Of a DNA stretch of 64,000 nt, positions 1-12,587 are shown in pieces. The stretch is from Dictyostelium discoideum. Lineage: Eukaryota. Made by a program: the position numbers and the translations under genes. Position 1 is the stretch's first letter, and each line of letters begins with the position of its first letter. Under the pieces are notes generated by a model. The model worked only from the letters and a program-made list of their open reading frames with translations. It did not search any database and was not told the DNA's origin. Location: contig CM000150.2 in NCBI GenBank assembly GCA_000004695.1, positions 3,488,001-3,552,000 on the forward strand. The letters run 5' to 3'.

Positions 1-125
1 AAAAAAAAAAAAAAGAAAAAAAAAAAAAAGAATTTCTTTCTTAAATATTATTTTTACAATTTATTTATTTTTTCCTTTATTTTTTATTTTTTTTTACATT
101 TTTGTATTTTTAAAAGTTTTTCTAA

Positions 126-251
<126 letters not shown>

Positions 252-292
252 TAATAATAATAATAAATAAATTAATATTATTGTTTTTTTGT

Positions 293-330
<38 letters not shown>

Positions 331-358
331 TATCAAAATAATCAAAATTAAAACTTAC

Positions 359-1009
359 ATGTAAAAGATTTTTTTCATTTAATTTTTCTTTTGAAAGGAA
401 AATGAAATAAAATGAAATACCAATAAAGAAATGCCAAATTCCATGATTAATACGAAGATAATCATTATTATCATCTAAACCACGAGCGAAAAAGAAAGCA
501 GCAACGCCAAAGAAACCAAAACCATATAAAAAGAATTTTGATTTAATCCAATCTGGAATTTTTCTACGTAAAGAATGACGAATGATTAAAAGGATTAATG
601 CAGAAACTATTGGTATAATTGTGAATTCTATTTGCCATGGTGCACGTTCTTGACAATATAAAGTGATAACTAAAAATGTCCAACGTAATAGTTCTGTGCT
701 TTGTTGACTTTGAATATCCATTAAAAAGAAACATAATGCTTGAAATGTTAAAATCGTGAAAACATTATCCAATCTATGCCATTGACCTGATGTCATACCC
801 GATAATTTAAACCACCATGTATTTTCAAAAACTTCACCAACATGATACATCATTGATGCTAATGCACATGATATACCAATAATACCTTCATAAGCACTTC
901 CTCTCTTCAAACAATGATATACAACTGGTATAACTGATAAATTGGTTGAAAATGCTATAAATGCTTGTAATACTTTTTCAGTTGTTATAATTGCTTGTAC
1001 TGCTGACAT
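359..1009 (-). CDS. 7-TM CREST-family putative membrane hydrolase (alkaline-ceramidase/TMEM8/Per1-like). First exon only (ATG at 1009, GTAAGT donor at 358-353). The 3' exon(s) lie at or beyond the window start.
   Basis: ORF 278..1009 (-) translates to a multi-pass membrane protein with CREST-like His motifs (MYHVGE, SGQWHRLD, NHGIWHFFIGISFY ~ HAWWHILTGLGSY of ACER3). The minus-strand GTAAGT donor directly follows ...LLHV, and the rest of the ORF is poly-K intron read-through. Confidence 0.45.
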
Positions 1010-1329
1010 TTTTATTTATATTTTCTCTCTCTCTTTGTCAAGACGTGTTTCTTTTATGTGTGTGAACATGTAAATAAAAAAAAAAATAAAAAAAAATAAA
1101 AAAATAAAAAAAATGAAAAAAAAAAATTAGCGAAAAAGTAAAAAATGAAAATGAAAATTAAATAAATAAAAATTAAAAAATAATCGTTTTTTTGATCAAT
1201 CAATCAAAAAAATATAAATCTTTTTTTTTTTTTTTTTTTTTTTAATAATACTGTTTTTTTATTTTTTTATTTTTTTTTTTTTTATTATTTTTTTTATTAT
1301 TTGTTTTTTTTTTTTTTTTTTTAAAAAAT

Positions 1330-1910
1330 TTATAAAGTTGCCATATCAATTTCACTCATTTCAGTGAGAATTGAAGCAGAATTTCTATCGATTTGATATT
1401 TATCAGAACGAGCACCTTTGAAGAAGATTTCAATGGCATCATCATAATCCTTTGTGAATGGATTACCAGTATGAGCCTCAAAGACTGATCTAACTTCACC
1501 AGATAAAGTGAATTGATTTAAATTGAAATATTCATTGAGAACATCTTCAAACATTAAATAAGTGGATTTGAATGGTGTTAATTTTAATACTGATTCAGCA
1601 GTTGGTGGTTTATAGTTTATGATATCATCAATCAATTTGTCATCAACTTCTGTATATGATTTATGTCTCCAAATTGGTTCTCTACTATCAATCAAATTTG
1701 CTCTAATACCTTCCCAAAGATCACTTTCACTATCATTTACTAATGCCATTGAAATATTATAATCTCTTTCAAAATATTCATTTGATGATAAATCAGTTGG
1801 TGATTCATTAAATAATCTCATTGTTAACTATTATTATTTATTAAAAAAATAAAATAAAATTAATATAAAATTATTATTATTATTATTATAAATTATTATT
1901 ATATATTATC

Positions 1911-1963
<53 letters not shown>

Positions 1964-2951
1964 CTCTACTTACTTTAATACTAATTGGTGATGATTTATT
2001 AATATTTTTAATACAACGTTGTGCCCAATCATAAGTTTTATCAGATTCATTTTCTAAAGCTTCAATGACTTGTTCAATTGTAGTTTTATTTTCAAAACAA
2101 CGTTTGATTGCATCTCTATAGATATCGAGATGAGTTTCTCTACCATCTAATTGAGTTTCAGCAGGTACTGAGAAGGTTGCGATATTTGCAATTAATCTTT
2201 CATGATTTTTCAATGGTAAACGTGAGAGTTGATCATCCAAGGTTGGGATCATATTGGTTGGAATTAAGAAATCGACGAGACCACATTGAATTAATTCAGC
2301 ACCTCTGACACGACGACCGGTCAATGCTAAATAGAGACCAACACCACCATCTAAACGATTTAAGAAACGAATGTTACCAGCGTTTGGGAAGAAACCAACG
2401 GCACAATCTGGGATGGTTAAAATCGAATTTTCACTACCAATACGGAAACCAGAGTTTGCGGTGAACCCAACACCTGCGCCAATCGTCAAACCATCGATAA
2501 TTGATACTTGTGGTTTTGGTGCAACCGACATCAAATAAAACATCTTTGAAACCTTCTTGAAATATTCGCTCAAGAATTTGGTATCGTTTTTGGATTGATA
2601 CAATTTAACAAAATCCAAACCACCGCATTGAATCACACCTGGTGTCGTTGTATGTATACTGTAGGCTGAAACAACCTCATTTGCAATTTGATATTTTATA
2701 AAATGCTCAACTTCTCCCATTGTCATCATATCCAATGCATTCAATGTATCCCTATTATTTAACATACCTCTACTATAGGTTTGTCCAAATGTTGATGGTA
2801 CACAAACTATTGGTGCTCCTTGTCCTGATATACGTGGGAATGGTACACTAAAACCACTTGAATTCTTACCCATTTCAATCTTTGATTTAGTTGAAAGTGT
2901 AAATGATGATCCTGTTTCTACACCTTTTTCATTTGTATCACCTTTAAACTA

Positions 2952-3012
<61 letters not shown>

Positions 3013-3399
3013 TAAATTTATTAATATATTTCATATAGTTTTTGAAAATTTGAAAATTTAAAAAAATTAAAAAATTGTACTTACATGACCCCAATTTTCA
3101 TTTAATTCATTTACATTTGCTAAAACACCTAATTTTGAGAAATTTGGTGAATAATAAAATTTCTCTTCAGATTTTTTATTTGATTCTATATTTGTTAATC
3201 TTTTATCATTAGTTGGTGGAGTTGAAGTTGGTACGAATGGTTTTGGTTGAATTGGTTCAACTTTTTCTAAATTTTTAAAATCAATTTTCTTTCCAAAATC
3301 TAAACCACTTTTTGATGCTTTTCTTTTAACTATTGTAGCATAACTTCTTGAAATATATGTTTTATTACCACAATTTGAAATTTTTCTTAATCCTAACAT
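1330..3399 (-). CDS. 3-hydroxyisobutyryl-CoA hydrolase-like (HIBCH, enoyl-CoA hydratase/isomerase fold), mitochondrial. Exons (minus): 3085..3399, 1974..2948, 1330..1827. Total ~595 aa.
   Basis: The exon-2 translation has the HIBCH ECH core (VSIIDGLTIGAGVGFTANSGFRIGSENSILTIPDCAVGFFPNAGNIRFLNRLDGGVGLYLALTGRRVRGAELIQCGLVDFLIP) and SPISIK ~ SPTSLK. Exon 3 carries LTM..GIRANLIDSREPIW ~ human LTMEYRL..GVRAVLIDKDQSPKW. Donors are GTAAGT in phase 0 and acceptors are TAG. The N-terminal exon starts MLGLRKISN.. and is rich in R/K/S (presequence-like). Confidence 0.8.
1911..1962. repeat. (CAA)n / (GTT)n microsatellite inside HIBCH-like intron 2
   Basis: About 17 perfect CAA units. They read as poly-V in the unspliced ORF but lie downstream of the GTAAGT donor at 1973-1968. 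Confidence 0.8.
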
Positions 3400-3703
3400 G
3401 TTGTGTTGTTATATATATATATAATTTTGCTGTTTTTCTTTTTTTTTTTTTATTATTATTATATATGTATATATATATAACTCTATATCTACAATAATTC
3501 TATTTATAAAAAAAAATAATAAAAAAAAACAGAAATTTTATATGATGATGATTGATCAACACACACTGACAATGAAAGCTGAAAATGAAAAAAATTCGAA
3601 AAAAAAAAAAAAATAAAAAAAAATTAAAAAAAAATAAAAAAAAAAAAAAATTACAAAAACGATTAATTTTCATTTTTATTTTTTTCCCGCACTTCTCTTT
3701 AAG

Positions 3704-3735
<32 letters not shown>

Positions 3736-3737
3736 TT

Positions 3738-3776
<39 letters not shown>

Positions 3777-4336
3777 CATTTTTTTAATATCTCCTTTGGG
3801 CAAAGATGAAAAAAGATAACAAAATATAAAACAATTAAAAAAGTTTACCAAATCATGTCATTAGAATTTGGAATTTCAATATGATTCAATCAATGTTGCT
3901 ATCAGTTAATAATATATTTCTATATCAAATCCAACCAACCACAATTGGCATCCAGTGATCCATTTGGTGAATGTAAACCAGGTATTTAGATAAATCATTA
4001 AATGATAATTAATGTGGTCAAAGTACAATCAATACAGGTAATATATTAATGTTAAACAAATAGATACAGAGATGATTACAAGTAATAATAATAATAATAG
4101 TGTATTTGCCCAACAACAACAATAGCACAAAAAAAAACAATTACAAAAAAATGAATGGTAAATAATTATTTTTGAGTAATCTATTTATCTATACTAAATC
4201 CATATTAAAAATAAATAAAACCATTTTTTAAAAATATTTTTTTTTCCAAGTGCCAAATCTGTTACTTTTTTTTTGTCCTTGATTATTTTATTTTGTCCTA
4301 TTTTTATTTTTTTTATTTTATTTTATTTTATTTTAT

Positions 4337-4968
4337 TTAGTCTATTTTTATTGGTGAAACAGTGTTGTTAAATGATGAAGTTGTAGCACCATCTTCATTT
4401 TCTTCATTTTCACAGGTGTTTTCATCAGTAATTTGAATATCACCAATTAAAGATTCATCATCCATAATACAACAATAGTTATCACAAATATTGTTAATTG
4501 TTGAGATGTGATTGATTAATGGTAAAATACTAATAATTATTGGATTTAATATAAAAATTATAACTATTATCATCAAAATATTAACAAGGAATATGAGTTG
4601 ATTCCTATCATTTAAATATTTCAATAAAATGATTTCAATTTCTTCAATAATTAGTTTAATATTAAATTTTACATTAAAATTATTATTATTATTATTATTA
4701 TTATTGTTATTATTGTTTTCTAATGTTTGATTATAATTAAATTCGAAATGGTTATTACTACTACTACTACTATTATTGTTTTCTTCTATATTTAAAATTC
4801 CAGTTGTATTTGAATTGATTTGAGTATTATTTTGTTGTTGCTGTTGTGATTTTTTAATATTTACATCATAAAAATTTGTTACATTTGCAGGAAATATGGT
4901 ATTGATATCTTGAATATTATCATTTACATCTGGTAAGTCAGTATCATAATTTCCTTGATTTCCAAAGA

Positions 4969-5003
<35 letters not shown>

Positions 5004-5748
5004 GTATTCATCATAAATGATAGATTGAATAAAACTAAACATAACATTGCACAAATAATAGTTATAACCTTTAATATATAAATTAAACCTAAAATATCAA
5101 ACTCAATAGTTTGTTTTAATTTACTATTTCGTTTCTTTTCAGTTTTCACAAATTTCGATGTTGATTGAATATTATTAATTGTTGTTGTTGTTATTGTATC
5201 TTCTTCTCCTTCTTTTTCTACTTCCTCTTCATTCAATTTTGTTGAGTTTTTTAATTTTGATAATTTTATTTGTTGTTGTCGCTGCTGCTGTGAAAAAGTT
5301 ACTTGTTTCTTCTTTTTATTAGCAGTTTGTGATTTTTGACTATTATTATTATTATTATTTTGATTATTTGATGATGAAGAAGATAGTTGTTTTGATTTTG
5401 ATTTTGATTGAGGTTGTGATTGGGGTTGATTTATTTGTGTTTGTTGTTGATGTTTATTATTTGTATTGGTTAGAATTTTATTATTATAATTTAAAAATGA
5501 GATTGAAAAGATCAATAATATAGAAGAGGATAATAATAAAGTAAAAGTGACATAGGTTATAGTGTATAAAACTTTATCTATACTCCATATACCTGTCAAT
5601 TGATGAATTTCAATATGATCTAAATATAATCTAATTGATAACCATGAAATCAATAAAAATACCAATATTGTTATCCATGGTATTTCTAACATCCTTTCAA
5701 TCACTGTTTCAATATAATCATTTTGAAATTTTAATATATATTTCTTTA

Positions 5749-5821
<73 letters not shown>

Positions 5822-6799
5822 TATTATATCAGTAGTTTTTATATTATTGAATGATAATGTGTATTTTTTTAAAATATATGATATGGTTGAATATGAAATG
5901 TTATTTTGTTTATTATTATTATTATTATTATTATTATTTTCTAATTTATTTAATATTATTGATTGAAATAAAAAGTAAATATAATTGAAAGAATAATAAA
6001 TTAAGAATGTTATTATGATTTGAATTGATGTACTTAGGAATTTATTATCATTCATTTGTAATGGTAGTCTAAGTATTGATTTACTTTTGTAAAAAATATT
6101 ATTGTTATTATTATTAATACATTTATTAATATTTATAGAAGTAATTAATAAATTTTCATCAAAAATCCAACTTAAATAATTAATTAATCCACTACTTTCT
6201 AGTGAATACCATAGCATTACTAGTATACCAAAACAAAAGAATATTCTTTCAATATATTTTATAAAATACTTTTTTATCTTTAATTTAAATTCACAATATT
6301 CTCTCTATAAAATATATTAATATATTAGTATATATATATATATTTATATATATAATTATTATAATAATTTATAATTTACCATTAATAATGAGGATTTGAT
6401 AAAATTTAATAATGATATTGATATTATTATTATGAATATTGATATTAATGATAGAAATAGAATTGATGTTAAATCATTTCCAAAACTATACCTAATTGGT
6501 AGATCTCTTTTAAATGTACTTGTATTACTATTGAATAGATTTATAATGTCATCATAGTTTGGTTCTTCAGTTATCATTGATTCTAATGTATTATTATTAT
6601 TGGATATGAGTGTTGTTTGATTTACTTTATTTGATTTTAAAGTATCATTAACTATAGTTTCAATCTCTGCAACTGATTGTGTAAATTCTATTGGTGGTGG
6701 TGGTGGGGGTGGTGATGATTCTTGATGAGCAATTGGTTCGAAAAAAGCACTCATTCTTTTTCTTTTTAAAACAGAGTTTCTAATTTCATTTCCAATCAT
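4337..6799 (-). CDS. Asn/Gln-rich multi-pass membrane protein, function unknown. Exons (minus): 6380..6799, 4337..6304. About 795 aa.
   Basis: ORFs 6359..6799 and 4337..6217 are joined by a GTAAAT donor after ..SLLM and a TTTTATAG acceptor, in frame and phase 0. The product has several hydrophobic helices and very long poly-N/poly-Q tracts. No recognisable catalytic motif. Confidence 0.5.
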
Positions 6800-7621
6800 T
6801 TTATTTAATTTTTTATTATTTATTACTTAATTATTTGATTATTATTTATTTAGTTTTATTTAATTAGTTTTATTATTAAGTTTTTGTGTGGTGTGGTGTG
6901 TTATAATGAGTGCATGCTTTCCTTTTAAAAAGTTTTTTTTTTATTTTGTATTGTTTGAATAAGTGTTTTGTTTTTTTTTTTTTAATTTTTTTTTTTTTTT
7001 TTTTAAAACTGATAAACTTTTTTTTAAAAAATTTAAAAAAAAAAAAAAAATAAAAAAAGAACTGTTTGGTCACCAATTTTTTTTTTTTTATATTTTTATT
7101 TTTATTTTTTGATTTAATTTCAAATTTTCTATTTAATGGTAGTGAAATCTTTTTCAGATGAATTAAATAATGAATGTAATAAAATCAATTATCTAGCACC
7201 AATGCAATGATCATTTGAAAAATTATCATTATCAAATTATCATTACATTGTTGTTATATAATTTGGACATATCCAACTCTTACTTTAGATTCACCTTTAT
7301 ATTTAGATACATCAACCATTTTTAAACCATCAATTAAAAGTTAATTCATCACAATTATTACCTAAAACTTTATTATTTGTACCATGGTTCATTATTGAAA
7401 ATTGATTTTGTTGTGGTTTAGATCCAAAAACTATGTTTTTTTGATGTGATTATAAACTTTTTTTTTTTTTTTTTTTTTTTACTGATTTTTTTTCTCTCGT
7501 AGAACCTCACTCCTTTATTCATTGATGCGCATTAGATGGCGCAATCATAAAAAGAAATAAATTTAGTAGTTTCCAAGAAATAAACACTTCTTCCAAGTTC
7601 ATCTACATAAAACAAGGTGGT

Positions 7622-8401
7622 ATGATAGTCATTATAGAAACTCTTTTAGGTAAACTTCATGGTTATGTAACCGACTTTATTTCTCATTCAATTGGCATCC
7701 AGACTGCATTATTTACCAACCCATTCTCTGTAGAGTTTTATGCTAATGTCTCTCTACAATTAAATAACGGTGATTGTATTAATGCTGATACCTCTGTTGG
7801 CCCTTTTGGAAGAAACGTTAATTCTCCATCATTTATCATTGAAACTTGTATTTCACAATCTCTTCCAAGCGGAATTGAAAAGATTAGAAAGTATTTCCGT
7901 TCTCCAAATATCATGGTAACTCTTTTATTGAAGATTTTTGGAAGACGTGCAGATGGTACCTATGTAGGTCTTGCAATTTTACATAGAAGGGTTGGAACTG
8001 CAGGACAATGTACTTCTATTATTTCATTTGGTTCTCATCCAACAACACCTGAATATGAAGAACAAATTAGAAATTTATTAAACACAGCCACAAACGTTGT
8101 TGGATTTACACCCATAAATCCAGTTGGTAATGTTGCTTTAAATACACCACCATATGTTGTTGATGTATGTATTATGATTAATAATGAAATTAATTAATAT
8201 TATAGCAACTATAAATCATAAATAATAATTGTACTTTATTTAACACCTCTACAGATTCCAATCGCTCAAGTTTTTCACGGTGCTCCACAACCAGTTTTCT
8301 TACAAAATGTTGCACCAATTCAAGACTTTACAATCGATCTCTTTAGATTAAAACAAAAGATTGATACAATTGAAGATTTTACTGCTCCTTTCCATCAATA
8401 A
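7622..8401 (+). CDS. Conserved-looking hypothetical protein (~229 aa) with non-biased composition. Exons: 7622..8164, 8255..8401.
   Basis: A 191-aa ORF with normal amino-acid complexity. A GTATGT donor after ..PPYVVD and a CTCTACAG acceptor give a phase-0 junction ending in TAA after ..FTAPFHQ. I could not assign a family; MED20 was considered and not supported. Confidence 0.5.
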
Positions 8402-8895
8402 TCACTCGCAACAATTAGAATTAAAATAATTATATAAAAAATAAAAAATAAATCCCATAGATTAGAACTTTTTAAATTTAAAATATATTCTTAATAAATC
8501 TCTCACATAGTTTGGTAGAGAATTTCCAGTAGAAATGTATGTTATACAAAATTTATTGGGGGATGGAATGAAATATAAAGAATTCATCAAAGACAATCTT
8601 CATTAAATTGCATATAATAGGTATGCCAGTATAATTTAAAAAAAAACTGAAATTTTTAATCCTTTGATACCTTTTACAATTTTTACTCAAAAAAATAAAT
8701 ATATAAAAAAAAACAAAAATGACTAGAAAAAAAAAAATATCTATTAATAGATAGTGTTTTACAAATTCCATCATAAATATCAAATAATATTTTTTTTTTT
8801 TTTTTTTTTTTATCAGTTAGAAATAAAATAATGCCATTTTTGACATATTTTTTTTTTTTTTCTTTTACTTTTCTTTTTTTTTTTTCTTTTACTTT

Positions 8896-8937
<42 letters not shown>

Positions 8938-8968
8938 TTTCATTCATTTACCAATTTTAAAATACAGA

Positions 8969-10286
8969 ATGTTATCTACAGAAATATTATTTTGGAAAGT
9001 TATAAGAAATAAATATTTATTTAGGAAAATATTTGAAAAAATTGAAAACGAGTTATATTATACAGATTATCAAAAGTATCATGTTTTAAATAGAATCAAA
9101 TTTAAGAATATTCATTCATTCGATTGGATGATAAAACAAAAGTTGTACTCATTAATAAAGAGTAAAATCAAGTTTAATGATATTATTCATTTTGAACCAA
9201 CATCAATTACAAATTTTTTCTTAATAACATCAACATCAACAACAAGTACAACTATAACTACAACTTCATTTGAAAAAGAGATTGAAAATGAAAATCAAAT
9301 TAAAATCTTTAAACAATTATTAAAATTATTAATGAATTATAGAAGAGGTGAATTTGAAATTAAAGATTTAATAGAGACATCAATTGCAACTAGTAATCCA
9401 CATGCTATTGAATTATTTATATGTACAAAGAATAATTATCAATTATCATTGACATCAAGACAATTTAGATATATTATATTTAATGATAGTTTTTCAATTG
9501 AACTTATAAAATCATTATTTAAACAACAAACTAAACAACAATTAGAAGAGAATCAATTAGATAGTTTTAATTTTGAAAAGAATTATTATAATAATAACAA
9601 CAATAACAATAACAATAACAATAACAATAATAATAATAATAATGGTGATGATTATTATTGGTTAAAAGAATTAAAAAAATTCATTCTTTTAACTTCAATT
9701 TATTCATCTAATAGTAGTTTTAGTGATAATATTAAAAAGGAATTCCAAAAATTTTACAATCACTATTTAGAAATTTATGATGAACCAATTGAAGAATTAA
9801 ACCAAGATTTTGATTTAATTTATAGATATTCAATAAAAAGATATAGTTTAAAATCATTAAAATTCTTAATTAAAAATAATTATTTTGAATCACAAATTTT
9901 AGATAAAAAAAGAAAATTACAACAACATAAACAAGGAAATAATAATAGTAATTATAGTATTAATAGTATTAATAATAATAATAATAATAATATTAGTAGT
10001 GGAACAAAAATTATAGCACCAATAGAATTTATACATAATAATCCAGATCAAGTGATTGAATTTATTAAATTATATTATTCTGTTGGAATAAACCCAGACT
10101 TTCCACCATTCGATTTCATTGAAACATTTCGTTCAATATTATTTAATGATAATGCATCAACTCTATATAATAGGTTAGTTAAATCAATACCAGACCCTGA
10201 AATAAATATTGCTCAACTTCCACTTGAATTTCATCCAGTATTACCATACCTATTTATAACAAAAAAAAGTTCACCTTCCTTACATT

Positions 10287-10375
<89 letters not shown>

Positions 10376-10751
10376 TTGACAATGATGATATTAAATAAAG
10401 AAACCATCGATTGGATTTCAAATACAATAAAGAAAAGTAAAAGTAATTTAAGTTTTATTAAATCAAAATTATATGATGCATTGAAAGATGGTAATTTAAA
10501 ATTTAAATCAATTCAAATGGCAAAGTATGCATTCGATTTATTGGTACCAATAGATTTTGAAAAATCAAAAATGCAAAGATTTTTTTATTCTGCAGTTATA
10601 AATGTTAATTCCCAACTATTAGAGAATTCAATATTATTACTTGGTAATCATAGTTTTAGTTTCGATATCGAAACTATTAAATTACCATCACTTCAATATC
10701 AAACATTAAATGAAATTATAACAATGATCAACTATTTTTATAATTATACTA

Positions 10752-10790
<39 letters not shown>

Positions 10791-12265
10791 TTAATAATAA
10801 TAATAGCAATAGTAATAGTAATAATAATAATAGTAGTGGTAATAATGAATTAATATTAAATGAAAATGAAATTCAATCATTATTATTACATTTATTAAAA
10901 GAGATAACAATTATTAAACCAGATTATTATTGTTTAGATAAAATTGGGTTCAAATTTTCAAAATTTAAAAATGCTACAATGAAATTAGTATATCATTCAA
11001 TTAAGGAATTAAATGAATGGGCATTGAAATGGATTTTATATAGTGATTTTGATATAAATGAATGTGATGCACATCTAATTTATAATGATGATTTTCATTC
11101 CAATGTCTTTGACATTAAAACAGGTACAATTGAATATTTATCAACAACAACAACAACAACAACAATAAAAAATTTTAGTTTTACTATTGAAGATATTATA
11201 GAATCAATTAATTATTGGTTAAATGAAATTAAGAAACAAAAACGAAATTATCAAATTGAAAAACAAAAACAAAAACAAAAAAGATTCTTTATAATAATTT
11301 TAAATGAACTTTATAAAATGTTAATATCAATGAAGGCAATGACAAAGGATATTCTATTATCGGTCCATAATTTATTTAATGAGAATCAAATTGATATTGA
11401 AAATCAACTTTTATTAGAAGAAACAAAAGAATCAATGTTTATCACTTTATTTAGACATTTATCAATTATTGATAATAGATATATTTCATTCATAATGACA
11501 ATTTTAAAAGGTACCGATGAATATTTTTATATTTTAGAATGTTTAAAACATCAAACAATCACTGTATCAACAATATGTAATTTATCATTTGATGAGATTT
11601 TAAGTAGATTAAGATCATCTTTATTGAAATATGAAGAATCAATATTACCAAACACAACTTTTTATAATATTTTAACTCCATTATTACTGGATTATTGTTT
11701 ATCTTACTATTTAAATATAAAAAGGGTTGATTTATTTTTCAAAGAGTTGGATGAAATAAAGAAATTTCTTTTTCAAAATGAAAAAACTAGAAAAAGAATT
11801 AATAATTCTACATTTTCAAGGGCAATAAGAAACGCAACCAATATTCTCAATGAAGAGGAGATAGATAATCTCATCAGTATTTTACCAAATAATGCCAATC
11901 ATTTTCAATCTATTTTTATTTCTTCAGTTTCACAAAATAATTTTCAAATTGTTAAACATATCCTTAAAAATTATAATGATAGGGAACTATTTCCAGATTC
12001 TGATTCTCCATTATTGAAAACTGTTTTTAGAGAAAATAACTTGGAAATGTCAAAAATTTTATTAAATCATTTAAAATATAGATTTACAAACAATTCTAAA
12101 GATTCACTTTTCACAGAGTCGTTCAATAATGGATTTTTAAAACTTTGTGAATTATTGGTTCAATCATTTCCAGATTATAATTTTAAAATTTCAGATTCAA
12201 TGATAAAAGATATAAAATTAAAAGGATATAATCATATGTTTTTTTCTTTAATTATTAAATATTAA
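8969..12265 (+). CDS. Large (~1098 aa) low-complexity Dictyostelium-type hypothetical protein. Likely true start is the ATG at 8969 (MLSTEILFWKVIRNKYLFRKIF..).
   Basis: A continuous 3.4 kb ORF. The track start at 8831 is poly-T read-through (poly-F). The product has poly-N/poly-T tracts and no identifiable enzymatic motif. The N-terminal F-box-like and C-terminal ankyrin-like resemblance is weak. Confidence 0.5.
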
Positions 12266-12587
12266 AAAAAAATAAATAAAAAATTAAAATAAATAATAAT
12301 TATATCAGTACTATAAATTCAGTAAATCTTTTTTTTTATTATATATTAAAATAATTTTTAACTTTAAAAAATAAAATGAAAAAAAGAAAGAAAATTATTT
12401 ATATAATTTTTTTTTTATATATTTTTTTTTATTTTATTATTTATATTTTTTTTTTTTTTTTTATTTTTTTTTTTTTTATATATGTAACATATGTTGTTAT
12501 TTGAGTAAAAAAAGGTGAAGCATTAATGTTGTTATTAATTTTAATAATATATTTTTTTTTTTTATAATTTTTTTTTTTTTTTTTTTT

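Noticed and set aside
7100-7460. Possible minus-strand mini-gene (ATGGTTGATGTATCTAAATATAAAGGTGAATCTAAA|GTAAGA donor at ~7329-7288)
   Set aside because: Every downstream acceptor leads to a stop within ~10 codons in all three frames. The ATG+donor is probably chance.
7622-8401. Assignment of the 229-aa protein to Mediator subunit MED20
   Set aside because: Only a vague C-terminal resemblance (FTIDLFRLKQK versus VQYMELFNKIRKQ). There is no convincing alignment over the body, so it is left as hypothetical.
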